From Amoebophrya sp. A120 (taxonomy: Eukaryota > Protista > Dinoflagellata), in NCBI GenBank assembly GCA_905178155.1, contig CAJINV010000001.1, forward strand, positions 14,381,379-14,445,378: a DNA stretch of 64,000 nt. The letters run 5' to 3'. The notes under the pieces were generated by a model, which was not told the DNA's origin, made no database searches, and saw only the letters and a list, made by a program, of their open reading frames with translations. Shown here piece after piece: positions 49,390-60,363 of the stretch. The number at the start of each line of letters is the position of its first letter. Position 1 is the stretch's first letter. The position numbers were made by a program, and so were the translations under genes.

Positions 49390-52359
49390 TCATTTTTCTT
49401 CGTTCTTTCGCTGCAACTGGTTTTGTTTTCTGCGTGCTCGCCTTTTGGCAGAGCTGCTCTGCTGACCCTGCTCCGTCCCTGCAGTGGTCCAGGAGTCACC
49501 TACGTGCTCCTGCTCGTTTTTCGTCTGGTCACCGCCTGCGGCCCGTTCTGGAAGCTTTGCTCGTTTTGCTGCCGGCTCGTTTTCGTCCAATGCTCCCCCT
49601 TCCCCGGCGGCGTCGTCTTTTTCCGTGTCGAACGACGCGGCTGATACTCCGGCTCTCTGTTGTTCACGATCACGCTTATGTGTTGAGGCGGTATCTCTCG
49701 TCTCTCCACCTTGCTTTCCCTTGCCTTTCCCCTTTTTGCCCTTGCCTTTTCCTTTCGGCGTGAAACCCGCAGAGGAGGTCTGCGACTTTTCCTGTGCTGC
49801 AGAGCATGCGACACTACCGTTCGACGAGATTTCCTTGCTGTTTGCGAGCTCTCGGACCTTCTCGAAAACATCACCACCAACTCTGTCGCCAGCTGCCAAA
49901 GAAAGTGTTGAATTCGCCGACACTGCAGTCGTCCCAGTGCTAGTCCATTTCAAAATTTCCTTCGCCTGGCGCACATCCTTGGAACCAAGAAATGTAATGG
50001 CCACGGCCTTGCAGCGGTCTTCAATGTTCCCAGCAACAACTCCCCCGCCTGCACTGCCGTCCCGTCCGCATCGTCCGATGCGGTGTAAATGATCCTCGCC
50101 GTTTTCGGCGGCGTCGAAATTGACCACGACGTTCAAGCCCAGCACGTTTAGTCCCCGACCAATGACGTCGGTCGCGAGCAACACCCGAACCTTGCAGGTC
50201 TTAAACTGCAAGTACGTCGCGCAGCGCTTCTCCTGACCCATATCACTGTGCATCATGCGCAAATTGACGTGCCAAGGTCGCTTCATGTACGGGCGCAGCT
50301 TGGGCGCTGCTGGCGCAGTTGACGTTGTCGCTTCTGCACTTGCAGGTTGAGGTTTCTCTTCAGGTTGAGCCTCTCCCGTCGTGTCAATTTTCTCCTCTTT
50401 CGGCGCGGCCGGGAATTTGTCGGCGTGTTCCAAAAGCTTCGCGTGCAGCCACGTGACTGTTTTCTTCATGTTGCAGAAGACCAGCACCCGCTCCTGCGAG
50501 TAGGTCTGCAGGATCTCGACCAGCTTCGCAACTTTCTCGTCGCTGTTGGTAAATCCCTTCTTGTCGGCTTCGAAGAAACAGAACTCCTGTCGGCAGTTGA
50601 TGGCGCTTTCGCCCATGGCACTGGCCACCGGAGTGGAAACTGCATCGGTCAACAACTTGTCTCCAGGAGGAGTTGTCTGAGCTGTGTCGGCAGTTGAGGT
50701 GGCAGGAAGGTCTCCGCTATCGACTGCGTCCGGTGAAGATGCCGGTACCTGCTCGCCGGCCGCTTGCGGTGGGGCTAGCGATGACTCGCGTCCGACTTGG
50801 ACAAAATACACGCTTCGTGTTCCAGCCACCTCCACTGATTCAACACGTCCTTCTTTTTTGACTGTCGATCCCGGCGCTCCTTCAACTTCTTCCGGCGTAG
50901 AAGTTTTCAAAGTTCGGATGAACGACCGGGCCAACTTGTCAGCAGTTGGCGACCAGCTTGCGGAGAAGAACCAGGCAGAACAGGGGTGGTGCACCCGGGC
51001 AAAAATCTTGCGCAGTTGCGGCTCGAAACCCAAATCTACCATCCGGTCGCCTTCGTCCACTACGACAACCTGCAAGGATGACAACAGATCACTACGCAAA
51101 GTGAGCTGCTCCTTGATTTCGGTCGTGCCTTTGGCTTTTTTCTTCCCGTTTTCAGATATTTTTTGTTCTCCAGCAGATTTTTGCCCATCAGTTTTGATGG
51201 TATCGCTGTCTTTCGAGTCATCCTGGTTCTTCGTGTCTTTTTTGCTTGTCGTTGTCTTCTGCACCGGCGAAGAACTGCTGGGTCGTCTAGAGTCGCTGCT
51301 ACTGGTCGTAGAAGTTGTAGTGCTCTGCTCTTGCAACAGGTCGTTCAATCTGCCAGGCGTTCCCATGAGCAAATCGCAGCCGCGGTTCAGCGCAAAGACC
51401 TGCTTCCCTTTGGAATTTCCGCCAAAGACCATGGCACTGCGAACACGCGGGTGAAATTCGTCGTAAATCTTCTTGTTCTGGCAACAGAGCTCACGAGTCG
51501 GGAGAAGAATCAGCGCCACGGGTGGCTGTGTGTGCTTTCCACTTCGCTTCAAACTCGTGACTTGTGCAAGCAGGGGCACCAAATAGGCAAACGTTTTTCC
51601 CGTTCCCGTGGGCGCGATTCCGATGAAATTTGTGTCGATTTTCGTGTCTGCGGGTGGTTTATTCGAGGTGTTGATCGCTTTGCCACACAATACCGGCCAC
51701 GTCAAGCTTTGAATGGGGCTCGGCTTTGAGAAAACGCGTCGCAGGTACTTCTGCACAAAAAAGGGCACTCGCGATACGAACTCGGCATTCTCGAAACTTG
51801 ACCAAATTTGCGGCGCATCGCACTTGTCTTGCGTAATCGGAGAAGCAATCGATAATGATTTCTCGCAGGTGGAGGTAATGCTGGAAGGAGACGCCAGCCC
51901 TTTGTGCTCGACTCGAGTGCCGTTTTTGTTCGTGTCCACCGAATTACCGGCAGTAGGTTCATCACAGATATCTGAACACTCGAAAACAAAATCGAATCTC
52001 GGTGTTGATTTCTCTTTCTCGCCAAGATCCTTCCGCGGTTCCTCAGTCGTCGTGCCGCTTTGGCTTGCCGCTACAGCCCCAGCGAAGCTGTCCTTCCCAG
52101 GATGATGTTCGTCCGCCATCGATTCCGCACCACTCTGCTGTTTTTTCTTCTTTTTATGTTCCTTTTTTTCCTTTTTGAGGCCTTGTTCCGCGTCGGCTGC
52201 TTCTGTGGTGTCCCGCCGATGCAGCACTGTAGTCTTGTCCTCCCTTGCCAAATCATCAGACCCTTCCGCCTTTTTCGTTTTCTTGTGCTTTTTCTCCTTT
52301 TTACTTTTCTTCTGTACCGATGTCCCAGGGGGACATGGAGCACCCATTGCAGCGGTCAT
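49390..52359 (-). CDS. DEAD-box RNA helicase (variant motifs)
   Basis: PSPIQ (Q motif), APTGTGKT, PTRELC, GG, TPGRL, DEGD, SAS, LVFCN, HSDMGQ, TDVIGRGLN, HRIGRCGR. Confidence 0.92.
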   Translation of the reverse strand: MTAAMGAPCPPGTSVQKKSKKEKKHKKTKKAEGSDDLAREDKTTVLHRRDTTEAADAEQGLKKEKKEHKKKKKQQSGAESMADEHHPGKDSFAGAVAASQSGTTTEEPRKDLGEKEKSTPRFDFVFECSDICDEPTAGNSVDTNKNGTRVEHKGLASPSSITSTCEKSLSIASPITQDKCDAPQIWSSFENAEFVSRVPFFVQKYLRRVFSKPSPIQSLTWPVLCGKAINTSNKPPADTKIDTNFIGIAPTGTGKTFAYLVPLLAQVTSLKRSGKHTQPPVALILLPTRELCCQNKKIYDEFHPRVRSAMVFGGNSKGKQVFALNRGCDLLMGTPGRLNDLLQEQSTTTSTTSSSDSRRPSSSSPVQKTTTSKKDTKNQDDSKDSDTIKTDGQKSAGEQKISENGKKKAKGTTEIKEQLTLRSDLLSSLQVVVVDEGDRMVDLGFEPQLRKIFARVHHPCSAWFFSASWSPTADKLARSFIRTLKTSTPEEVEGAPGSTVKKEGRVESVEVAGTRSVYFVQVGRESSLAPPQAAGEQVPASSPDAVDSGDLPATSTADTAQTTPPGDKLLTDAVSTPVASAMGESAINCRQEFCFFEADKKGFTNSDEKVAKLVEILQTYSQERVLVFCNMKKTVTWLHAKLLEHADKFPAAPKEEKIDTTGEAQPEEKPQPASAEATTSTAPAAPKLRPYMKRPWHVNLRMMHSDMGQEKRCATYLQFKTCKVRVLLATDVIGRGLNVLGLNVVVNFDAAENGEDHLHRIGRCGRDGSAGGGVVAGNIEDRCKAVAITFLGSKDVRQAKEILKWTSTGTTAVSANSTLSLAAGDRVGGDVFEKVRELANSKEISSNGSVACSAAQEKSQTSSAGFTPKGKGKGKKGKGKGKQGGETRDTASTHKRDREQQRAGVSAASFDTEKDDAAGEGGALDENEPAAKRAKLPERAAGGDQTKNEQEHVGDSWTTAGTEQGQQSSSAKRRARRKQNQLQRKNEEK

Positions 52360-53146
52360 ATTGTCGAATTGCAGCTGTCCTCGTCAATTTGTGCAAAAAC
52401 ACATTTAAGTGCTACAAGGAAAAGGCATCACTAGCTTGCTAAATTGGCTACTTACAACAAGTGCGGACTGCTCGATGCTTAGTCTTAGGGCTGCTCCTGT
52501 CGTGAAGACGACTTACTTTGCTTAGATTTGGTTGATCCATAGGTGCGACATTTTTCGTTCGGCAGTACAATCAGCGAGGTGGATTTTTTCACACCACGGT
52601 CAAACCGTTGATCATGAAGATGAAGATCTTCGGTCGAGGAACGTTTCTTTGAGAAGTGACTTACACTTAGCTTTTTTTCTTGGATCTACAGTGTGCTGAA
52701 GTTGTTCCAGGGGTGGATCAGGATCACCTCCAATCGTTGCTCGATCCTACAACTTTCTGCAAAGGGGATTATTTTGGAGATCGAGCGCATCTTCTGATTT
52801 CATCTGTTAAGAAGCTGCGTCATACATCATTCACGATCTTTGGCTCCTTTGTTGGATGATCTTCAGCGGTGGAGAGAAGAAGAAAGAGCGCCCCCTTCTT
52901 CATATTTCGTCGCTATCAAAAATCAGATACCGGATGCCCTACGATCTATCAAGCGCCACGGTGCACCAACGTCGTTAAGAAGAAGACCCTGACTTTTTTG
53001 CTCTTTTTAGCACGAACTCTGTCGCTGCACCAGGGAACGGCATTCAGTGCAGGATCGCGGTGCAAGCATCTTCGCAGATTCGGTTGTTTTTTTGTTCGTT
53101 TGTTTCTCTTTCTAAATCTGCTTTCTCAGCCAGAATTCTCAAGCAT

Positions 53147-54520
53147 TCACGGTTGTTCGGCAGAAGCACGACCAGGGGCAGCTTTCGGGCTGTCACTACC
53201 AGTGCCTTGTTTGTTTTCCACCGCAGCAGAAGCTGCTGCGGCGCCGACAGACTTTTTCGATTTACTGCCCACGCCGTTCTTTTTCTGAGCGGGAGCTCCG
53301 TCTTTGTTATTTGCGTTGAGTCCTCCCTCATCTGTCGCCGCAGCCGCCGACGCCGACCTCTCCTCCGCCTCAATCTCGCAGAGAAGGTTGTTCAATTGTT
53401 CGTCCTTCTTTTTGCCGCTTTGCAGAATCATGTCCACCAGACTCTCCTCCAGCTCTTTCTTTTCCGACTGCGCATCCTGCAGCCGCTCACTAATATCGAC
53501 GTAATCCTGCGTTGCTTTTTCTAGAATCGCTTTCTTTGTCTCCGCCTCTTTCGACAGGATAGAGATTTTCGTGGCACTCTGCTCCACTTGTGCTCGCAGT
53601 ACTGCGATTTCTGTGCGTGTGTTTGGTACATATCACCTTTTCAATCGCTTTTTCCAGGTTGTTCCAATTGAAAAGAAAGAAACAGAAAGTTGAAGAATGC
53701 ACACACAGGGGCAAGAACCAAGAAGCTGTAGAGATTTTGGAGTACCTCTCTGCTCAGTGGCGTCGAGAAGCTGCATCTGCGCGTCAAGTCGGGCGAGCCG
53801 CCGCCGCTCCGCTTCGGCTTGCTTCACCTTCTCCCGCAAGGCGCTGCTGACCAAGTTCTTTTTGGCCCCGACCGCCTGCTGGATGCTGGCTTCCGCCTCC
53901 ACGGCCGAAAGTTCCCTCTCGGTTTTCGGTTTCGATTTTTTCTTCTTGTCGCTTGCCTGGTTGGACGACGATGCGCCACCGAAGAAGCTGTTCCACAAAC
54001 TTCCGATTCCAGGCGTTACAAGAGAGGATTGGGATTGCTCTTGTCCAGAGGCACGCGTTGCCGGATCGAACTTTGAGCTGGTCGCAGCCGTGCCTGCTGC
54101 GGCATTGTTGTTCGGAGAAGGCTGCACAGCTCCACCTTGTTGCAACGTCGAAGGGGCTCCACCGCTGGTCACTGCGCCCCAGGGTTGCGCGCCGGGACTC
54201 GATGCACTCGCCATGCTTGGTGGACCAACAGCAGCGGGGCCTGCACCAAAAAACGAAGTAGACGACGAAGCAGCGCCGGCGTTTTTCAACACGGTTTTTG
54301 TTTCCCCGGTACCACCAGAAACCCCAGCCATGCCAACCAAGGTAGCAAAATCTTCGCCCAGTGGATCCTTCCCGTTGCGTGGTCCCCCCGGCTGCTGTGT
54401 GTAATGCATCGTCTGTGGCGGCGGTGGGGGCTGCTGACCTTTGCCAACGAAGGCGGACGAACTACTAGTCATGCTCTGCGCCGTCGCAGGCTTGTTCTTA
54501 TCGAACCAATTCAGCTCCAT
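53147..54520 (-). CDS. Coiled-coil protein, GORAB/RAB6-interacting golgin (DUF662)-like, 2 exons
   Basis: RRRLARLDAQMQLLDATEQR|EIAVLRAQVEQ..KKELEESLVDMILQSGKKKDEQLNNL after a canonical GT-AG intron (~53611-53744). Confidence 0.6.
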
Positions 54521-55029
54521 TTTAAGAATCTTCAGCGTGCTAGAGTAAGTAAGATGAAGATGACCCACTTTTTCTCACTTTTCTGAGCGTGAACCTCGGA
54601 GAAGATGGCCCCAATTCTTGCACATTTTTCATACATAAGTATGGAACTGGGTCCGTGACGACACGCTCAAAACCGCAGAAAACGAAGAACACACACGGCC
54701 GAGGCCGAGACGAGGTGCCCTTCTCAGAGACTTGTGGCTGCGAGCAGAGACTGCACAGACAGCAAAGTTTTTCCATATAAAACAGTCCCGCGGCATCTAG
54801 ATCTATCAAGACACATTTTGATGTTCTTCTTCTTTCTGTATATGTCGACCTCGCTTCGCAGCCCTTTGCTTTTACATTACTATGAATGTTGTTGATGTAT
54901 GAGCCCTAATTAAAGGGGCTTTTGGTTTTGCACCATGATGATGATCTTCTGTACGAATGGCGTACAACGACTCCGGTGCTATACAAAAAATTGCGACTTC
55001 ATCCATGCACTAGCATCAGTCTTGCTGGT

Positions 55030-55761
55030 CTAACTTGAGTGTCGGCCAGAACGCCACCGTGCACCAGACGGTGTTGGTGCCTGTCTACTGCGATTAACCG
55101 CCAGCAAAGAGCCCTGATTGGGTTGGGCTTGCTGCCTTCTACCTGTTCCTCGCCCTGCATGCGTATCTTGCACTTCTTGCCGGGCAAGCGCGGTGTCAGC
55201 GCGTGTATCGTCCGGCGCAGCTCCCTCCATGCGCTGCTGTTGAGGCGCAGCTGATGCAACCTCTTCCTCTACTCGCTCGCTCAGCTCACGAGACCGCCCT
55301 TCCAGCCACTCTTGTAGCGCGTCGAGCTCCTCTACTTGCTCGCTCAGCTGACGAGACAGCCCTTGCAGCCACTCTCGCGTCGAGACACAAGCGTTTGAAA
55401 GTGCGTACGCACCTCCGAGGCCACAGCCGGCAAGACAACAGCAGATGGCGGTACCCTCCGCTTGCGTAATGTCCCGGCCGACGTACGGTGTCAGGCAACT
55501 GCTCGTCGAGAGATAATTTCCGACAAGCGCAGCATTTGCCCCGGTCCACACCAGGTTCTTGCAGTGCCGTCCCCAAAGCTGAAGTGGGGCACTTGGGTCA
55601 TCATCAGGTTCACCTCCAACCGATCCGCTTACTTGTTCTTGTTGTTGACCTGCTCGTGCTCCCAAACTTGGAGTCACTGCTTCACAGAGTGGCGCGCTCC
55701 AAAAAAAGACCACAACTACGGCTACAAGCCGAAACACAATTTGACTTCTCGGACAGTTCAT
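55030..55761 (-). CDS. Putative secreted/membrane protein with a 21-aa tandem coiled-coil repeat
   Basis: Signal-like N-terminus (LVAVVVVFFWSAPLCEA), hydrophobic AICCCLAGCGLGGAYAL, repeats REWLQGLSRQLSEQVEE / QEWLEGRSRELSERVEE. Confidence 0.55.
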   Translation of the reverse strand: MNCPRSQIVFRLVAVVVVFFWSAPLCEAVTPSLGARAGQQQEQVSGSVGGEPDDDPSAPLQLWGRHCKNLVWTGANAALVGNYLSTSSCLTPYVGRDITQAEGTAICCCLAGCGLGGAYALSNACVSTREWLQGLSRQLSEQVEELDALQEWLEGRSRELSERVEEEVASAAPQQQRMEGAAPDDTRADTALARQEVQDTHAGRGTGRRQQAQPNQGSLLAVNRSRQAPTPSGARWRSGRHSS

Positions 55762-56799
55762 GATGTATGTTTCGATTTCGACTTTGCGGTTTGTAAAAAC
55801 TACAGAGACAATTCAAGTAGCCTCAGCCTACGTAATGATCTACGAAGAAAAGACGACTGATAAGAGCCAAGCACTTCTACTGGCCAAATGTAAATGAAAA
55901 TGAGTTCAAAGAGCCTGAGAGGAAAAATAACTGCAAGATAAGAACTACTGTACCGCGAACCAGGCCCGTCCTCCAAATTTGTGTGCCGGTGTTGTGTCAG
56001 ACTACACACTACTTCCTGCGCTAGTATGAAGGTACATTTGGCAAAAATTAACCCCCCCGCCGGATGGCTTTAGCCAGCGCAGTCAATGGCTTTAGCCAAG
56101 AACGACCCTAAAAAACCAATGCGCCAAAGGGCGCCCGCGTGTTGTTCGTCCGAGACACCGAGAACGAGATCCGACCCCACATACATCGCCCGATGGGCGC
56201 CAGATTGTGGGCGCGGAATTGTCAAACCGACAAAGGCACGCAGGACGAAGAGAGCAGGCGCGCCGGCATGCCGACCATGAAAACCATCCGCGCCAAACCT
56301 CCGCCCGCGAGGCTCTTCGGAGGCTCTTAACGGGAAAGGGAACGGACCACACAGCGCATGTCGCCTGTTGGCGACCCCAATGCCGGCGGGGGGAAAAACT
56401 CCAAACAAAATCGGAGCAGCGCGGGCGCAGCGTGACGCCACACGCACGGCGGGGGGTCGCGGCGTGTTTCCTTTTTGATGTCGCGATCACGCGCCGGCAA
56501 GCCTCCGGACAATGAAAACGCCGGAAACGCCGGCGCACACACAGCAGGGGTTCAGCAAGCAAAAAAGGACGCCGCCAGCCCTGTAGCAACTCTCCGCCAA
56601 CCAGCGCGCGACCATCGACCGATGCCACCTAAGAGCATCCCATCCGAAGGCCGCCCGACCTGACGCTCGCGGCAAGAACGTCGCGGCTTTTTCAAAACAA
56701 AAACCCGGGCGCCCTCTACCAACCCGCCCCCGCGAACCAGCGGCGAAGGGCTGACATTGCCGGGGGCGCAGCGGGTGGGAATTCTACTGGCCGGCGGGC

Positions 56800-59225
56800 G
56801 ACGGGGTTGATTGGCCGGGCCTGCTGGGCACCCATGCTTTTTCCGCGCCCGTCCTTCTATCCCCAGGGCCAGGGCCGGGCGACCAGCACGCCCGGCGGAG
56901 AGCGCCGGCCGTAGATAGAACGAAGCCTGCCAACCGCAAACCGGTTGCGGGCGCGGGCCAGTCAATGGGCTGCCAACCGCAAAACTACTGCGGGAAATGC
57001 ACACAGACAGATGCCCGGCGTCGGCCCGGGCGACGCGCTCCACCACGGCCGGCCCCCTCTCCCCGGGAACCAGGTGGGCCGCCCGAAGCACTTACCCCGC
57101 AAGCGCAGCGCGGGAAATCGGAACGCGCCAAGCTGGCCGACAGAAGCTGGCGCGCGACCCAATTATGCCAGCGAGGGAGGCAGGCGGGGCCCCGGCCGGC
57201 CCCATGCGTGAGGCTTTGGCCATGCTTGCAATCCAAATAACGAGAACCAACGCAGGCGGCGCGCCGGCCGATAGAATTTCTTCCCAACGAACCAACCGAG
57301 GGCCGCGGCGGCCGAATCAAGCGCAGGTCGCCCGGGTAATGCCTATGCTTGCGCCCTTCCACACCATGCAGCCCCCTGGCCCAAAGCGAGCCTACCCGGT
57401 CCGCCGCAAGGGTGGTAGAAAGGCGGGCCGGCCTGCTGGCCAACCACGCACGGGCGCGCTGCGGGGCGAGACGGGCAACGCAGACTCGGGCCCGCCAGCG
57501 GATACGGCATCCCCCCGCAAAGATCTGTTTCTCGGCGGGCGCCCGGGAAGGGCCGGCGCCCAAAATTTGCGGTGGGCCGCCAATCCAACCTCCTGCCCGC
57601 CAAGAAACAAAAGTCGCGGCCGGGCGGGGGTCAGCCCGCCGGCGGGGGATCCTGCGTGCCCTTGGGGGGGGGGGTGCAGGCACACCCAACCCTGGGAAGG
57701 AAGGCCGCACGCAGGTCCGAGGGCCGGCCGGTCCCGCCGCGCGGGCGGGGAGGCGAGGGCGGCCGCGGGAAAACAATGGGCGCCAATGATGCTTCAGGGC
57801 AACAGCCCACCCCCGGCTCGCGAAAGGGCCGACGGTATTCGGGGCCCCCAGGCAATCGCCCACCCGGACTGACAACGGCAGCGGGCCTGTTTTCCCCCGG
57901 GCATGGGATTGGGCGGGGGCAAGGGTGGTAGGGAGGGCGGATGGATGGTTGGGCAGATGAAAAAAGGGAAGCCGACGCGGTGCGCGCGCGCGGGCCGGCG
58001 GGGGGGCGCGCCCCCTCTGCGGCGCAAGTAATTGCATGCCCGCCCGACTGTCCCCAGCTTTCATGCTGCCCGCGCTCCGCGCCCCGCCCCCAAAGACACA
58101 CTCACAAAAACAAAGCGCCCGCCGGCCGGCGCCGCGCGTCCGCCGGCCGGATGCCTAGATGCTTTCGCACAGGGGCGGGCGGCGCCCGGAAAAGGCAGAG
58201 CGCAAGACGCGAAGCGGGAGAGGGGGCGGCCGCCAAGAACCAAAAAACCCGCGGCCGGGGCCGCCGCCCGGGAGCCGCAAAACACGCGCAGGGCATGGCT
58301 TTTAGCATCCATAAGGGATCCGGAGTTCCATAAGGCCTCCGGAAGCCTTCCGGCGGCTGAAAGCCGCCGGCGGCACCGCGGAAGCCGGCGGAACGCCAGC
58401 GGAATGGGGACCGGTCCCGGAGGTGTAAAAGTTCAAAGAGCAAAGGCAGAAAGAGCCGGGGCCGGCAAGCGGGCCAGGTCGCCGAAAGTAAGAAACCTGG
58501 GCCCGCCCGCGGGGCGCGGGTGGCAAAACTAACATACATAGACGCGCCATCGGCCCAGTCAGTGCGCGTCCCAGCAGGCCCTGTCCGTCGGTGCCAGGAC
58601 AAAGGCCGTCCGAAGCAAGCGGCCGCAAAGCAAGCAGGAGAGGACATGCGGGCCCAGCCGTTGCGCTGCCGCGCAACTTGCGCTGCCGCGCAACAGCGCC
58701 GGGCGCCGCTTCCATCTGTTCGCTGGCCCCAAGGAAGCAAAGGCTGGGGGGGGGCACACAGGCAGGCGGCTTCCCCTTGCAAGTCGCGTAGCTGCCCTGC
58801 TGCGCGCGGGCATCGGTGGCACGGGGCCCGGTCCGTCGGAGGGAAGAAGAAGGCGCCACCCAAGCCCCAAAGGAAGCGCGCAACATACGAGCCGCCGGCC
58901 CCCGAAGAACGCGCTTTCTAACCGGCTGGGGCGGCCCTCGGCCCGGTTGGTCGAACAGGCAGGCCGGCCCGCCCGACGCGCGCGCGCAAGTGGGCTCCTG
59001 CTGCTGAGCCCTCCAAAGTCAAGGAGGGCACAGGCAGTACAGGGCGTCCGGCGGGCGCGGCACCGGAACAAGCCTGGGACACATTCACTGGGGCAGGCGG
59101 ACGGCCCCGAGCGCCAGGGGGCTTTGCTTGCCAATCCGGGGCCAGCGTGGGTGCCTGGCTCCCATCGCCAGGCTGCCGGCCCCGGGCAAGCTACCCGGTT
59201 TGAAATTGGTGTAAAAAAGCACTAA
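56800..59225 (+). pseudogene. Disrupted hAT-like transposase remnants
   Basis: GTRWAARSTY (~57065, cf. TRWNSTY), MLAPFH..AYP (~57345-57395), LLASIRDPEFHK (~58300, cf. LATLLDPRFK) in hAT order but in broken frames. Confidence 0.55.
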
Positions 59226-59558
59226 TCTAAAAGCGGGAAGGGGGCAAAAGAAGCGCGCCAAAGTGCCGGCGCGAATGGCCAGGGGGAAGGCGCGGCGCGT
59301 GGTCCAAACAGACAGGGGGCGAGCGCAGGCATTGGCCGTGGGCCCACGAGGACAGCCAAGGCCACACGCCTGTGGGCCCATCGCGCCCCCGGCTTCTGCA
59401 CCAGATCACGAAGCGGAAACAGGACCCGGCAAAGGAATGGGAAAAACCAAGCCCCCCACGGGGCCCTGTCTACCGTGTGCAACACATTGGGCGGCGTTGG
59501 CATAACACAAACCGGAAACCAAGCACAAACCTTGCCGAAGATCAAATGAAACCACTGC

Positions 59559-60363
59559 TCATCCGGATGGGACCGGGCCACTTTTTGCCTCAGAAATTTC
59601 ACAGAAACTGCCTCAACTTCACCGGAGCCAATGCCTTGAAATAGGTCGGGATGGCCTTGGCCACCACGGAAAGCACAAAACACAGCCGGAACATGCAATA
59701 GCCGTCCCAAATACCCACTGCAAAACGCCCACGGGAGCCCATGGGGCGCCATCGATAATGGAACCACCCAAAGCCGCCAATATTTTTTGTCGCCAATTCT
59801 AGACAAAATGGGGGGGCCTTCGGAAACCCCCCCGAAACTCCCTCAGAAACTCCCTCAGAAACTACTGCGACTTTTTTTCTGCGCCTCTGAGTACCCCCCT
59901 TAGAAACTCCCTCAGAAACTACCTCAGAAACTGCCTCACTTCAAAAGCAAACGAATCGCGTGCGATTTTGCCAGTATAGAAGTGAGGTAGTTTCTGAGGT
60001 AGTTTCTGAGGGAGTTTCTGAGGGGGGTTCTCAGGAATCAAGACCATCTGTTTTCGAACTCGAAAACAGACACGAAAACGGACCATGGGTGGGGTTCGGT
60101 CCGCAAAAGTGAGGGAGTTTCTGAGGTAATTTCGCAGGGGGCTCATGAAATTGTCCACCGGGCATGATCTCCAACATGGACGCAACACAATGTCCCCGGG
60201 CGAAGCCGGCCATCCAAATACACGCAAGACAATGAGGCGACCCTACCGACGGCAAACGACAAAAACCCCAAAACGGCCCCCGGGAGTACCCCAAACCCTG
60301 AGAAGTTGAGGTAGTTTCTGAGGTAGTTTCTGCAAATACATCGGCCCGGTCCCATCCAAGTGA
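59559..60363. mobile_element. Nested TIR element (805 bp, apparent 6-bp TSD CACTGC) with 12-bp repeat arrays
   Basis: cactgc|tcatccggatgggaccgggcc...ggcccggtcccatccaagtga|cactgc; many gaaact(a/c)cctca units on the left, their reverse complements on the right. Confidence 0.7.

Noticed and set aside
59400-59600. Cupin-like (RSHPDEQ..LIFG..PPNVLHTV) or DDE_1-like motif in minus-strand ORF 59222-59806
   Set aside because: The SHPD part lies inside the TIR of the nested element, the motif spacing is too short, and the local sequence is noisy; probably coincidental
59820-60335. Possible CRISPR array
   Set aside because: 12-bp tandem units without unique spacers, in both orientations, no cas genes, eukaryotic context
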